Below, piece by piece: positions 1-15,000 of a stretch of 64,000 nt of DNA (within the stretch, counting starts at the first letter, position 1; each line of letters opens with the position of its first letter). Both the position numbers and the translations under genes were made by a program. The DNA is from Monocercomonoides exilis PA203 (taxonomy: Eukaryota; Protista; Preaxostyla): the NCBI GenBank assembly GCA_001643675.2, contig LSRY02000048.1, positions 434,001-498,000 of the forward strand, read 5' to 3'. The notes below the pieces were generated by a model, which searched no databases, was not told where the DNA came from, and was given only the letters and a program-made list of their open reading frames with translations.

Positions 1-694
1 ATTGTTGGAGAAGCTGTTTTTTTTAAAAAAAAATTGTTTCGTTTTCAACATGTCGATTCCCGAAGAATCCGAGGCCCCCAAATCAGCTTGTCTGCAAATC
101 ATGGTTCTTCTGTTCCGTATTCTTTTCGGACGAAGTTAAATCGATAAGCTTGATTTTTCATTTTTAATAATCTGTTTTTTATTGCTTTTGCCAACAAGAA
201 TATCACAAACAATATCACAAACACCTTCAAATTAAAAGAATTGTGCAAAAATGCAAACCTCCAAAATCTTGCTCCCCCCACAGAAATGACTGAATCAACT
301 TCAATTAAAGACTTTTGCTTTTCATCAAAAAACAGTCTGTTTTGCCCTTTCCATTTCCTGATAAAAATTTTCATTGGAAACAATGGCCTCATACCTAAAG
401 TACAGAAAAATAATCAGGGGTTGTTTCCTCAGAATTTTCACACAAACAACATCCGAATTTTGATTTTTTCTTATGCAATTGATCACTCTAACGAAAAAGA
501 ATTTGCTTGATCTCCCAGCAAAACGCATTGAACAGGCTTTATTTAAGTTATTTTCTAACAAAGGCAAATATTTGTCAAGTGAATCTGCTTGGTTTATTTC
601 ATTTTCGCAGCACTTGTTTGACAAATAAAGATGTTTGTGTTTTTTGTGTTGTCTAATTTCAAACTTTGAGTTATTTTTCATATGCTCAGAACAA

Positions 695-2237
695 ATGATG
701 AACAAAAGAAGTGCGTCTGATCATTCTGAAGAGGAGGAAGAAGAAGGAGAAGAAGGAGAAAGTGAAGAAGATTTTGAAGAAGATATGGATTATTATGAAG
801 ATTATGATATGGATAATCTTGACGAATATTATCAATCAGAGCTTACAGAAAAGTTTTCAAGTATGCTTTGTTTGTTGCTTTTATAATGTTGCAAAAAAAT
901 CAAAAAATTTCAGATTTATTTTCTGAATTAGGAAATTGCTCTGAAGACAATCAAAAACAGAAAATCGAGGAAATGATAAGTACTGTAAAAGAGATGGATA
1001 AACTTGAGATTTTCTCCATTTTATCGATTGAAATGTACGAAGATATTGATGAGATGATTGGAAAAATGAAATTGCCATTGACTAACGCACTTGAGCTGTT
1101 GATACACATGGGCCAATGCAGAATATTTAACCTTGTATACTTCACGCACTTTGGTGAAACTTCTTTACACTTGAAATTAAAGAAGATGATTCTTGATGAA
1201 GAAACGAAGGGAAAGGAAGAAAAGAATGAAAAGCTTTTTATTTCCATTTGTGAATGCTATTTGTTGCATTATCACTATTTAATAAATAATAACTTACTTG
1301 TGATTATTGTTCCTTGTCTCTTGAAAGTTGCATTGAACAAAGAGGGAAATGAGGAAACGCAAAAAGAAGTGGAAATGGCTTTGTTTGCCTTGTGCAGCAT
1401 CAACAAACGACAAGTATCAACTTAATTTAATTTTTTCAATGAAATTTTAGATGCTAATGCTTATAATTTTTTATTTGGATATATTAGAAATTGAAGCGAA
1501 AACTGTTTGTGAATGAGATGTCAGAAATCATCCAATATCACCAGTCACATCGAAATCTGACGCAACTGGCATATCAATCAGCTTGGGAGTTCATGATGGA
1601 CAGATTCAACGATAATGATAATTTGAAAGATGCAATTGCGGATAAACTGCATTTCGTGAGTGAGGCAGCAAGAGAATTAGATGAACTGAAGAAACGCGTT
1701 GATTGGAAGAGAAAAAAAGAAGAAAATGAAAAAAGAAGAAAGGAATCGAAAGAAGAGCTTATTTTATTAAGATGGCTCAGAACATTGAAGTCTTTCTTTT
1801 TCTTCTTCCAATTGCGAAATGAAGAATTTGTTAGGATTATCAGCAGCATTGTGCAGGTGTTTCAAGCAGCAAAGGATCATCACAGAGAAATTGAAGAGCT
1901 ATGCGTTTGCATATTTGAAGTGGTCGTAAGAAAAAGAGCTGTGAAGACTGATGATTTGTTGAAAAGTGGAACAGTTGATGCTGTTTTTGAAGAACTTCAT
2001 CGACCACCATTAAATGACGAAATCATTTTGAATTGTTTGGGATTCTTTTTGAATCTCTCGAAAAGATTAAACGAAATAGCAGATGATGAAATGGAAGAAG
2101 CTAAAAGAAAAGAAGTTAAAATGGAATTATTTGAAAAGATGGAAGAAAACGGAAGCGAAGACCTTATCATAGGTTTATGTGAATCTCAACCTTCTTTTAG
2201 AAAATTAGTTTTTGATGTGCTGTCGTATTATTTATAA
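695..2237 (+). CDS. Lineage-specific helical (ARM/HEAT-like) family protein, copy 1, apparently intact; exons 695-860, 914-1413, 1488-2237 (~471 aa)
   Basis: Three ORF-track pieces join in frame through GT-AG introns 861-913 and 1414-1487. It carries the family motifs LFSEL..C...QKQKIEEM, PCLLKVA...EETQKEVEMALFAL, YHQ.HRNLTQLAYQSAW.F and FEKMEE.G.ED. Exon 1 is acidic. Confidence 0.8.
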
Positions 2238-3468
2238 TATTATGCTGCGAATGCTTGAGGAAATGTGACTCATCGAAATTTGTAACTCCAATTTTTATTT
2301 TTGATTTAATTTTTTTAGTTTTTTTAATAATAATTTCATATTTCAGCAATCATCAGAAGGATTTTTTGTTTCATTGAATCCATTTTTCGTTTTTTTCGTA
2401 CTTTTGCAAACAAAAACCAAAAATGTCCATTCATTTGGTCAATTCTCTTCTTTTCTTCATCAAAAATCTTCATCAATTCATTTTTTTTTTCTAGTTTCTT
2501 CTCTTCAAAAGTTCATTTTGAAAAAAAATCATGCTTATTGCAGAAACGAGAAGATGCTCAGCAGTAAATCTCATATTTCATTTCTTTGCATTATTTGTCT
2601 TTTCTCTAATGCAGCCTCAATTCCACTTTCGAAATTGTCAGTCGCTTTCGTTGTGAAAATCGCTTCCACCAGCTATTCTTACGTGTTTTTCTTCTGCGAT
2701 CCAATTTCAAGTTTTCATCCTTTTCATTTTTCATCTTTCTTCCATTCAGCTCAGTCGAATTTACGGTTTAAAATAATTTTCTTTAATCATTTGTGTTGCA
2801 TGAGGTATAATGAATGACAAATTTTTATCGAGTTTCTTTTTTTTCAACATATTGCTCAATCCTTAGCTTTATCCTTTCCGGTCCTGCTTCACAAAGCAGA
2901 AACGTGAACTTTTTCTTATGTTTGTTAAATATTTTGTATTTCAAAAGGCAACAATTGGAAATTTTTGCAATATGAATCGGAAATAATACATAACTTGATC
3001 ACGAAAATATTCATTTAAATAATTTATCGAATGTATTTCCTTCTTTGTTATTTTTTTTTTTTTTTTTGAAAAATTGCGTATTTTCCAGAAAGAATTCCAT
3101 GATTGATGATTTCCAGCCATCGATTTCCCCATTTTTTGAAATAATTCACATTAATGAGAGATAGAAAATGCATGATTATCTCTCATTTTGCAAAGGACTG
3201 TTATGTTTTGAAAAACAAAAAAAAAACTGAGCGATCTGAACTGCCATAACAACATTCGCCAATAATTTATGATTTTCTTCTTTATTTAAACCTTGCAAAA
3301 AATACCAATTCAAAAAATGATGGTTTGGCGACTGAAATTTAAATGGTTGTTTGAAGGATAAAAATTTTGTAAACTTCTTCAATCCAAACATATACGAATT
3401 TGATATGAATGATAAAATTTTGGATGTCTTCTGAATTAAATTCATTTTCAAAGAAGCAGGAGAATGAA

Positions 3469-4880
3469 ATGACTAAAAATGCCACAGGCTTGCGTTCATT
3501 ACTACAACGAATTCATGATATTTGCATTTCTTTCTTTTTTTTTTTTGAAGAATTGTTGGAAGAACTGAAAGATTGCTTTGAAGACAATCAGAAACAGAAA
3601 ATTGAAGAATTGAATTAATTGATTGATAGAATGAATAAAGATGAATTTGAATCTATTTTTTCAGAGGAATTGTTCAATAAAATCGATAAAATGATTGAAA
3701 ATAAAAACATGACATTGGACAATCCATTTTGCTGATGAAGCACATTGGATTTTGTGATGTGCTGAGAGGATTTTGGATTAATAGTTTTTATGAATTTCAT
3801 TGAGCAAAAGATTTGAGGCTTTAATAATTGATGAAAATGAGAAGAAAGAAGAAAAGAATGAAAAGCTCTTAGTTGATCTTTGCGAGTGCTATCTTTTGGT
3901 TGACAATGGAGTTTATGCAAAGTATTTATTGATCTGTGTGCCTTGTCTTGTGAAAGTTGCATGAAACAGAAAGGAAGACGGGATTACTCGAAAAGAAGTG
4001 GAAATAGCTTTGCTGGCATTGAGGGACATTTTCCAATTATATGTTTGAAAGCTGCTGACTTCATTTTTCATGTTTTTTTTTTTCTCTCTCGTTTTTTTTT
4101 AAATAGCAAGTTGGACAAGAGCATTTCTTGGGTAAGTTCAAAGAAATTTTCAAATTTCATCTAGAGAACAAAAATCTGACACTACTTGCGTATCAATCGG
4201 CATGGAAGTTTTTGTCAGACAGGTTTTGCAAAGAAAGAAGTTTGGGAGACGTGATAGTAAATGAGTTGCATTTTGGAAGAGAAGCAGCAAGAGAATTGGA
4301 TGAACTGACGAAATGCGTGGATTTGAAGAGAAAAGAAGAAGAGAAAGAAGAAAGAAGAAAAGATAAAAAAGAAGTGATTGCAACAGGGAGATGGCTCAAA
4401 GTGATTTAAGATTTCTTTTTATGGTGTAACTTTTGGAACGAAGAATTTGTTGGGCTCATCAATAGCCTTGCTCAGTTATTTCGAACATCAAAGAATTATT
4501 TCAAAGAAATCAGCAATCAATGCATTTATTTATTGAAAGAAGTGACAGAAAATAGAGCTATGAAAATTGATGGATTATTGAAAGGAGGAGCTGTTAACAT
4601 TGTTTTTGAGGAAATGAAACAATCAACTTTGGAAGATGGAATTGCATGGAATTGTTTGCATTTCTTTTTTGCAATTTCCAGAAAATTGAAAAGAAATACA
4701 AATGATGAAATTGAAGAAGCAAAAAGAAAAGCAGAAAAAATGGAGTTGTTTGAAAAGATGGAAGAAGAAGGATACGAAGACATCATCACAAGCTTTCATG
4801 AATTGATTACATATTATTTAAGCCCTTCAGAAAATGACCTTCCGTTTGAAGACTCGTCCAATTATTGTGTGTATTTGTGA
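3469..4880 (+). pseudogene. Same helical family, copy 2, degenerate
   Basis: Same motifs (QKQKIEELN, NLTLLAYQSAWKF, LHFGREAAREL, FEKMEEEGYEDII), but in-frame TAA at 3616-3618 and 4407-4409 plus several frameshifts. Confidence 0.8.
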
Positions 4881-5288
4881 AGCAAATTCTCTATCTGCTT
4901 TTATTCCTTTTGTTGAAGTATCAGAAAAGCAGAAGAAGAATGGAATGAAAAAGAAACAAAGATTCAGAAGAGACAGACAGAAGCAAATGAACAAACGAAA
5001 GAAGAAGAAGAAGAGAGAAGAGAGAAGAAAAGCTTTCATAATGAAGCAATGTCTTCGGCTGGACAATTCGAATATTCAACACAAATTGTGGATTCTTCAT
5101 TCTTTTAAATCATTCTTCTCATTATCATCTTCTGCTTATGCTTCGATCTCACACGCTTATTTCCACTTCAACATTCCATTCATCTTTCAATACTAAAATT
5201 AGTTTCGTATTCTTCATCTTTGTCACAGGGAAAACAACTTCTCTCTGCCTCTATCTTTCTGTTTATCTTTCTTTCTCTTTCTTTGATC

Positions 5289-5357
5289 TTGTTTTTGTAT
5301 TGTTGTTTTTGTATTGTTGTTTTTGTATTGTTGTTTTTGTATTGTTGTTTTTGTATT
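5289..5357. repeat. 14-bp tandem repeat TTGTTTTTGTATTG x ~5
   Basis: Read directly. Confidence 0.9.
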
Positions 5358-6336
5358 CATTGAAAAAACATCACATATATCAAATTCTTCACAAACAATC
5401 TCCCAACATTCATTAAAGATTCCTGATATTATTTTTCTTTGTTCTTCATATTCTTCACCCAACTTGCTTCCATTTTCGTTATCGTCTTTGTCGTCAAAAG
5501 AAAGCATAAGATTTTCAATCATTATTTCTTCTTTTTCTTTTTCTTCTTCTTCTGCATTTTGATGGAGAGACTGCATCCCTTCAAAATGCTTCAAATAAAA
5601 TGATGTTATCCAATGAAGCTGGGCCATCAAAAAAGGTTTTAAAAATTTCAAGAAAACCTTTGGACAGAGAATATAAGCCAGTTTCTTGGAATATTGTTTC
5701 TTTGTCTTCTTCGTTCCTTGAAAAGTCTTCTTTTCTTTTGCCCATTCAGAATTGGTTGTGGTTGTTTTATTCTTGAAGACTCTTTGCAGAAGAGCATTGG
5801 AAGAAGAAACAGGGAGAGAGAATGGGAAAGAGAACGTTGGTATTTGGGTATTGAATAGACAATCGATGCACCAATAATAGAAAAAATAACATAATTATCT
5901 TTCAATTCACATTCATCTCAAAAAATCCATAATCGTTCACTGAGTTTTGATTTCTCTTCTTCAACTCTCTGAAATCTCAATCAATTTGGAGAAATGAGGA
6001 AAGAAGCTGGACGAACACAAGACTGCTCAAAAGAGCTGAACTGAGACTTTCAAACGTGATGAGTGAACAAGTTTATATTGATTCTTCTGCTTGATGCTGA
6101 TGGACAGACAAGTCATTTGAGGAAGGCTATTGAAGAAGAAATGACAAAAATGTGAAATGAAGAAAATGCTATTTTTTGTGTTACTATTTTCTTCACTTTG
6201 TCAAAATTATGTATTATTAAAAACGAAATTCCGATAAAATAAATTTCAAATGAATGTTTGTTTTCGATTTTGCGAAATGATAAAAAAAAGGAAAATAAAA
6301 TTTTTGTGTTTGCAAGATTCAAAACGTCATATTTAA

Positions 6337-7783
6337 TCAAGTATTCACAAAATAATCAGAAGCAATAAATGGAAATCTAAAACCAAATTGAAACTGAACT
6401 TCAACAAGTATTTCAGGAAAGCTTTCGATGATGTCTTCGAATCCTTCTTCCTCAGTCTTTTCAAGCGCTTTCCTTTTCATCTCTTTCCTTTTCGTTTCCT
6501 CCTTTTCATCTTTCTCCTTTTTTTCCAATCGCCATGAAAGATTCAATAAGAATAATAAACAATGCAAGACAGTTTCGTTATTTAGTGTTGCTTGCTGAAG
6601 TTCTTCCAAAGCAATATCAACTGTTCCACTTTTCAACAAATCATCGGCCTTCACAGCTCCATTTTCTACTATTTTTCTCAAGAAATAAGTGTACACGCAG
6701 TTAGCATCTCCGTTATTCTCTTTTGTTGCTCGAAGCACCTGAACAATGCTCCCAACAAGCCCCACAAATTCTTTATCCCCAATTTTGTACGGGTCTAAGA
6801 AATATTCCAGTGGTTCGAACCATCCCATTAAGGCAAGTATGTCTTTAGCTTCTTTTTCCTCTTTTTCCTCTTTTTCCTCTTGTTTTCTCTTCCAATCCAC
6901 GCATTTAATCAGCTCATTCAATTCTCTTGTTGCTTCTCTCGCAAAATGCAATTCATACGTAATCACATATTCTAAACTTCTTTCACAACAGAATCTGCTG
7001 ACCAAAAATTGCCAAGCTAATAGATATGCAAGATGAGTGAGATTTCGGTGTTTCTGATGATACTTGATAATCTCTGTAATTTCATTCAAATATAGTTCTC
7101 TATCTATTTTCTATTTTTCAATTTGCATAATTTCCAATAAACCAAACAAAACAACTCAAGAAATCAAGTTATAAATAAATCAAACCTTCCATATACCAAC
7201 GAAACTCAAAGCCAGCAAAGCTATTTCTACTTCTTTTTGGACTTCTTCGCTGTTCTCTTTATTCGATGCAGCTTTCACAAGACAAGGCACACATATTAAA
7301 ATCAATTCTGAAGATGATCTGTTGTCGAGCAAAAGATAGTATTCGCAAAGATCGACCAGAAGCTTTTCGTTCTTTTCATCTTTTTTGTTTTCTTCTTCAG
7401 CAATCATCTTCTCGAATCTTTTTCTCAATGAAGCTTTGCTAAATCCGAAAATATTTATTTTTTTTCAGAGCTTCGCAACAGCCCAAATTTATTAACAGGG
7501 AAAGTGCATTTTCAAGTGATATTTTCTTTTCTTCAATCATTTTATCCATTTTGTTGAAATTTTCAACAGTGAAGACAGAATTGACTTCTTCATTGTCCAT
7601 TTTATCCATTAGTCTGTTCAGTTCCTCAATTTTCTGTTTCTGTTCAATTTTGGAGCAATTTTCCAGTTCTTCGAACAATTCTTCAAAAAATTAAAAATCA
7701 AGAAAGAAAGAAAGGAAAAACAGTAATCATAAATTCAAAAACAACATTTCTTGCAAACCATTGAACTTTTCGGTGATATTCAT
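6337..7783 (-). pseudogene. Same helical family, copy 3; one frameshift in an A-homopolymer near 7460 (pseudogene or assembly indel)
   Basis: Short exon 1 (MNITEKFN) at 7783-7759; exon 2 starts at 7680 and is split into ORFs 7439-7678 and 7180-7428; exon 3 is ORF 6337-7089, ending SDYFVNT. Confidence 0.7.
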
Positions 7784-9086
7784 CGTCTACGCTTTTATAA
7801 GTGAACCACCCAAAAAAAAAATTCAACATTTTCGTCGCACACAGAACATAAAGCAAAATCATTTGAAAAAATAAATTGAATGAAAAGGGAGTACATCCAT
7901 CAAAACATCAACTCTCATACCATCTTTTTTTGCATTTGCATTTGTGAGAAACAATTGTGAAGAAGAACAAAGATTTTCTTTCAGATCTGTTGTTATGGCT
8001 GTCATGATCGTTGTCATTTCTTTTTTCGAAAACAAAATTTTCATCCACAAAATGAGAGAACATCGGATATAAATCATCTCTGAATTGTGTGAATTTTTTC
8101 CGAAATTGGCAGGAGGAAATGGAAAGATATTAACAAATATGAATTTTTTATCAAATGTTTCAAATGAAAGATTCTTGAGGTAATCACAATAAACAAAAAT
8201 ACATTGAATTCAAATATTTGGATGAAAGACACAAGCAAGTTCATATTCATGTGGAAAGAATACATGAATATATTTTTTTTTAAAAAAAAAAAAAAAAAGA
8301 AGAAGAAGAAGAAGAAGAGAACTGTTTGGTATTCATTATGTGAAAATGAAATTATTAACCACTTTTAATTCCAAAGTGTTTCAAACATTTCCACAATTAC
8401 AAATATGATAAACAGAAACAATTATTTTGGTAATTTGTTTCTTTCATTATAAGTTGAGCTTCATATATCTGAACACTTTGACTCATCAAATTTGACACTT
8501 CCAAACAATAATTGTGCTTCGTTTCATATCTCTTTCTCAAAAATTCATCGTGTTGAAAATTATTATTCATTCGAAAAAACAAGGAAACAAAAATTCTCCA
8601 TTTTATTTAAATAAATATATATTTGTTTCAAATTTGAGTAATTTTTTTCCTAAATTGAATTATTGCTGAAGTATCTGTCAGTCTCTGAAAAGCCTTTGCA
8701 AGCTACTGAAAAAATGAATCAGGATAATATAAGAAGGTTAGTGGGAAAAAATCATAATTTTTATCTTATAAGCAGTTATAAAGCCAGAAAAAAATAAAAA
8801 TTGTTTTCAAAGAAGTTATGAAAATAGCATATTTCATTATTTCGAAGCCTCAAGACAATCAATTTCAAGTAAGAAATAATGATAAAAAAATTAAAGACTT
8901 CTTTTTCAAATAAACTTTTTTATCAACCCCTCTTTCAAATTTCATAATTTTCTGCAAATGAATATTCATTCGCGAAGTAACAAAGAGAGATTGAAAACCT
9001 GAAAAGATAAACATGAACTTTTGAAAAAGATTCTTGGATACAACACAAAAATATTTTCCAAATCACCCAAATATTTTCGTTGAAAT

Positions 9087-12000
9087 TCATTTGTTTATTC
9101 GTCGTTTATGCTTTCCTTTTGCAACCGCTTCAAATATGTCTAAATCTCCACCATCATCACTTGAAGTTAATGAATTATCGTTTTTTTCGGACGATAACTT
9201 TGTTTCATTTCTTTTTCGCTTCATTTTAATGTTTTTGACACTTGTTTTGTTTTCGCTATTCGAGTTCTTAGCTGTCTTCCTCTTCTTTTTAGCTGGTTCA
9301 GGCGTTCCTTCAAGCATAATCACCTCATCTGCAGTTAGAACACCTCTTCCTCGAACTGGAGTAGAAGCTTTGAAAAACGGATTCTTTTCATCAGCATTAT
9401 TTCGACGTGCTTGTTCAGGCGTGTGGAATTCATTCGACTCCTTGCTTGCAGCCAATGGGGAGGATGACATTTTTGACAGATGCGAACGAGAAGAAGCTGA
9501 TGAAGAAGATTTTCGAGCTGATGGAAGATCTTTGTCTGCCATCAGTATTGCCACAACTGATGATTTGTATTTTTTTCTCTCTGACTCTGCCGAAGATGCA
9601 CTCAACTCTGCATTCTCCTCTGCACCCTTCTGTATCCTCTCAATCTCATACTTCACTTCTGCCGCCAAAGTCCTGTCAGCCCCAATCATTTCAAACAGGT
9701 CACCGCCACACTGCTCCACGATTTGCCCCACGCACACCATCACGTCCCGCACCCACACGCTTCGCCGTTTCTGCAGCTCGTTCTTGGCACTCACCAGCAC
9801 AGGAATAACATTTTGTGCAATGTGCTTTTTGAGCAGCTGCCCTATCGCATCTTTTTCGCTCTTTTTCATCTTTTCCCGCCCTTCTTCAATCCACGTGTTG
9901 ACTTCTGCGCCTTGCAACAGAACTCCGTCTGTCTGTGTTTGTGAAAACTGGCTGTGAGGCTGCGATGCCGAACCTGAAGCGACTCTGTCTTTTTCCTCTT
10001 TCACGCTTATTACACTGGAAGCTGCACTCTTCATTGCCTTTTGTTGTTGTTGTTGTTGTTGTTGCTGCTTTTCGTTTTCTACTTCTCCGCCGGTAAGCAC
10101 GCTCGACTGCGAAGTGTTCAGGTTTGACAGGCGGATCTCAGCTGAACTCAGAATCACCAGACAATCCAAGAAGCAAGAAACAGAAGCAACAATTGGAGGA
10201 ACTGGCCGATCGGGGTAGATTCCAGATGAGGCATTGCGCGCAACTCGATACGCAAATGATGCAGATGAATCAGAAGAAGAAGAAGATGACTGATGCAGTG
10301 GCGTCATTCCAGTTTCTGCAGACACATACGATGGTAATATTGTTCCTCTTCGGACAAGTTGGATTTCTCCCTCTCTTCCTAATTCAACGCTTTGCATAGC
10401 GTCTGCGCTGAGCACTCTTCTGTGAAGCGGTGTGGGGGACATAAGCGACTGCACCCCTCGCGGAGTGGCCCTCACAACGTTCTGCATCTGCTGCCTGAAT
10501 GGCGACGAATAAGCGCTTGTTCCGTCCTGGCGGTAAGCAAGCGGCGTTTGAGGAAATCCTGTTCGTCTAAGCGGAGTAATCATCAACGAGGATGAACGTG
10601 GAGATGGAAATGGCGATTGCGATGGTAATGACGACTGTGACGCAGGAAGCGAAGTTACTGAAGAGTCAGGCTGCTTCTTGGCAAATGAATTGACACGCTC
10701 CTTTTGCAGGAGGATCTCCACATCCTCCTGCGGAGCAATCGGATTGAGCAGCGATGTGAGCGTAGCTGGAGGTGGTTTTGATGCAAAGGCAAAGCGTTTT
10801 TGTGTTGAAAGATAGCCAAACGCTGTCTCGTCATTCGATTCAGCAGGGCGATAGATCGAGAAGAACTGAGTCGCATAAGTCCCGGCTGAAAGCGGAGGAA
10901 GAGAAACAGACACAGAAGACGCAGAAAAGTCATTCACTGCAGCGAAATCTGTCTCACAAATAGGATCAATCACGTTCTGTGCGATGTGTCCAATCAGGTT
11001 GAACTTCTCTTTGTCGCTCATCTGGTTCAGAAGACTGGCATACACAACATACCGTCGCTCTGCATTCAGCGGGCCAGCCATGCGCAGAGGCAGCGGGCGG
11101 GAGAAGTCGATTTCTGAGGACGAAAAGGGAACTGTTTGCTTTGAGGAAGCAGAGGACGATGCATCAGCTTCGTCGTCAGGATCGATTATGTCAATCCCCA
11201 TCAGCCCCTTCGGAGGCTTTCTCACCTGATTGAACGCGTACAAGCACTGGATGAAGCAGTACGAAGCCAGCGATGGATTCTTTCTGTACAGCACGTCCAC
11301 CACAATCTGGTTGGCAAACTCTCTTATTGTCGGCGACGGGTCAGCCAGTGCAGCAATGATGTGCAGCAGCGGTGGTCCCCTCATTCGGATGATGTCTTCC
11401 TTCATCAGCGCCGACAGGATAGCCAGCGAAGACAGCCTGATCGAAGCGTCTGTCATGTCCTGTGCAAGCGCAGCCAGCGAAATGATTGCGCTGTCGCCAA
11501 CGCCGCTCATCCGCGCCATCAGCTGCCCGACAACGATAACTGCGTTGTTACGCAGCGACGTCAGAGGCGAATGCAGCTCCCTCACAAACACGCCAATTGA
11601 CGACAGGGCGAGCGAGCGACGGGTGCAGCACATCTTGCCCAGCGCAAGACACGCCTGTGCTCTGATATTCTCTGGTGTGTAGATGTGCGTCTGTGAGGGG
11701 ATAAGAGAAGGAGTTGTGTTTTGAATGGAAGATGGATCAAGTGAGGACAATGAAGAAGAAGAAGAAGAAGAGGAAGAAGAAATCGAAGGAGTTGTTGTGG
11801 ATTGAATAGAAGAAGCTGTGAAAAACGACGGAGCAAGAAATGCCTGGACGGACGTGATCAGCCGGGGAGGGATTGTTGAAGAGCAGAAGGAAAGATCGCC
11901 TGCCAAATAAAGCAGCCTCGCCACAACACTCGGTGTGAATGGAGGATCAAACATCGATTTCGCCTTGATCTCCAATTTCTCCTTCTTTTTCTGTGCTTCT

Positions 12001-15000
12001 CTTTCGTTGTCGCTGTGGCGGAGAGATGAGCGGCTGCGCGGTGCGAAGATGTGAGACAGTCGGGTTCCTCTGTCAATCACAGCAAACAGCAGCTCATCGC
12101 AGTGGCTGAGCAGCTCCTTCTGCATTTGTGCTACACGCGCCTCGCTGTCTTTGGCTCTGCTGCCGGATGATGCTTTTGATTTGGATGGGATTCTTCTGGT
12201 TTCTTTGCTTGCTCTTCTTTCTCCTTCATCATCTTCGTCATCATCACGATATTCCTCCTCCACGTCCATTTCGTTGTCTTCATCCTCGTTTTCTCTTTCT
12301 TCTTCTTCTTCTCTCAGAATCTTCCTCAGGAGCGAAAGGAATGCTGTGATAAGATCCGGCGAAGGCAGCCTCGAAGCCAGCTGTTTCTGTAGGAAAGACG
12401 CAAGCTTCTCCTTCTGCTGCCAGGAAAAGCGCGACGAAAGCGAAGACATTGTTTTGATTACGGAAAGGAGCAGAGAAAGGCGGTGTATAGACGAGTGTGG
12501 AAGGGCAAGGACAATCGGAGGAGCAGAAAAGGCAGTTGTTTCGGGTGCTGTTTTGGATTCAGCTGCACCTGGCTCGTTTGTTATTGATGGATGATTTGAA
12601 ATGTTTGCTTGATTAATAGCAGAAGAGTGAGGTGTTGTTGGAGGTGTAAGCAGAAAAGGCGAAGTGCGAGAAAGCGAATCCGTCGAAGGCGCGGCGAGCT
12701 GGCTGATGGACGAAAAGGGAGTCGCTGGAACGAGCATGACACGCGCCGATAAGGCAGTTGAGCTGAGTGTGGAAGGAAGGATCGTCAGGGAAGGTGTTGC
12801 AGGGACAAGAGAGATTGACGATGGGGAAGAAGATGTTGATGCTGATGATGGCATGACAGCATCCATTGCAACTGGAGAATAACGAGGAGCTGGCGATGCG
12901 AATGGATCGCTTCCTGTTTGTGCCATGGGCGTTGAAGGAACAGCATCCAAAGCAACTTTCTGTGTCTGCTCATCCAGCCTGCGCTGTGAAAGAAGCACCG
13001 CTTGTTGCTCTCTGATGATCCGCGACCGCTTTGCCAGTCCTTCCTGAATTGCCTCCCATCCTTCGAAAACGCTGCTGGCATCGATCGCCCTGGCCAGCTG
13101 CTTGTCGTGTGCAGCGACGTCGATCAGCACCCACACGCCTCTGTCTGTGCAGAACGAGTGGGCTGTGATGTTTTCGAGGTGCTCATTTTTGAGGCTTTTC
13201 ACCGACGCTGCAAGCATCCTGCAAAGTTGTTTGGCGAACATCCGGGGAAGAGGCAGGCGCTGCGCATAAGCTGCCACGTGGGTGTACACATGGCGCAAGA
13301 GATGAGAATCAGCAGAGCGCAGAAACGTCAGCACACACCGCACATTCTGCGGAAGGCGGTCGACTTCGAAGGAGAAGGAAAGAGGCTCAATGAAGACGCG
13401 CACAACAAGGTCAGATGTGATCGTTTTCACTGTCACATCCACATCTTCGGCAAGTGGAAGGACAGTTTCAGCCCACAAAGTCATCAGGCAATCCACTTCA
13501 TTCTTCAGCTCCAAAAGATTCTTCCGTCTTTCAGCCTCATTTTTGGGTGCAAAGTTAGATTCTTTTCCTGTTTCTGGCTTGTCTTCTTCCATCTGAATTG
13601 ATGAAGCTGCAGAACTCTCTTTGCACTTGCCTTCTCTTTCCACACACTCCACCGACGCCTCCAGAATCTGTGTGAGTGTTGATGATGCTTGTCTTCTAAC
13701 AGCTGGAGAAGGGTCAGCACAGCGCAGCGAAAGCGCCAGAATGTCCTCTTTCGACAGCAAACTTGTCAGAAGCGTCGTCTCACTCAGCCACGCCGACGAG
13801 CTTTGAGAAGAAGAAAACCCGCTTTCATCAGCCGAAGTGAACTCATTCTCATTCTGTGGCTGCTGCTGCTGATTCTCCATCAGCTTGTCTTCACATTCGC
13901 GTTCTGTCTGCAGTCTCTCTGCTTCTCTTTGCCCGACCCAGCCACGCAGCCCTGCGCAGGACGTCTTGTGCAGCGACTTCAGAAGAAGCAGCGCGGATCG
14001 CCTTACAGTCTCGTTGGAGTCGAGAAGACGGCTGTGGATGACGTTTCTGAGAGGAATTGGGTTGCTGAATGAAGGAAATGAGGAAGAGATAGAGGCAGAA
14101 ATTGAAGCTGAAAGAGAGGAGGAGGAAGAGAAAGAAGCTGATGCCAATGATGACGATGGTGCTGTTGATGGTAATGCAGCAGAGGAAGCCAACGAAGATA
14201 CAGCAAGTGATTTCCATTCTGTTTCAAAAGCAGGTGTTTCTTCAGACGACAGAAAATGCTGAGAGAATCTTTCGCAGAAGAGTGCAGAAAAGAGATCAGC
14301 CGGAATCCACTCAAACCCGACGCGGTTGAAGCGAACAGTCTCAAGCAGACTGGACAGTGTCAGAAGAGAACGCGAGCGCACAACACCAGACTTGTCACGC
14401 AGATGAGCAACAAGCTCGTCTACAATCTGGAAAAATATCTGCTTTAAAGCAGATGAGGGAGGTGAAAAGGAAGAAGAAGAGGAAGATGAGGTATTTGAAA
14501 TGGATTGTTGTTCGTTGTCTGAACTTGACATGTGTTGTATGTTCTGCTGCGCCAAAATAGGCAAGATTCTATCTGCCAACTCAGCAGAAAGCGAACGATG
14601 GGTTGGTCTGTCGTTGTTCATCAACTTGCACAAAAAGGAAGCAAATTGCATGACACGACGGAAAGGCTCGTTTTTCCTGTCAGAAACTGAAGTGGACGAA
14701 ATTTGATTCAACTGAGAAGAAGAAGAAGAAGTTGCAGAAGAAGAAGACGATGACATGAGAAATAGTTCATCGTCGCTGTTTGCTTCATTATCCTCTAAGC
14801 TCATTTTTCTCTTTCTTTTGCTGCCTTTCTCCCTTTTCGAGCTTCCTCTCTTTTCTTCGTCTGAGTGCTCTCCATCGTTCATTGCAACTGCATCGATTTC
14901 TTCTTCCAAAATTTGTTTTCTGTGTGATGTCAAAATACGGCTCACGGCATTGCAGCAGAGCTGCCTGTACTTCTGTGTGTCGTGGCATCCGATGCAAAGA

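Noticed and set aside
1-705. Minus-strand ORFs 99-392 and 325-705 as a spliced gene
   Set aside because: Some splice-like signals, but I could not build a consistent frame or recognise a domain.
5289-5357. CRISPR-like array
   Set aside because: Head-to-tail minisatellite with no spacers, eukaryotic context, no cas genes.
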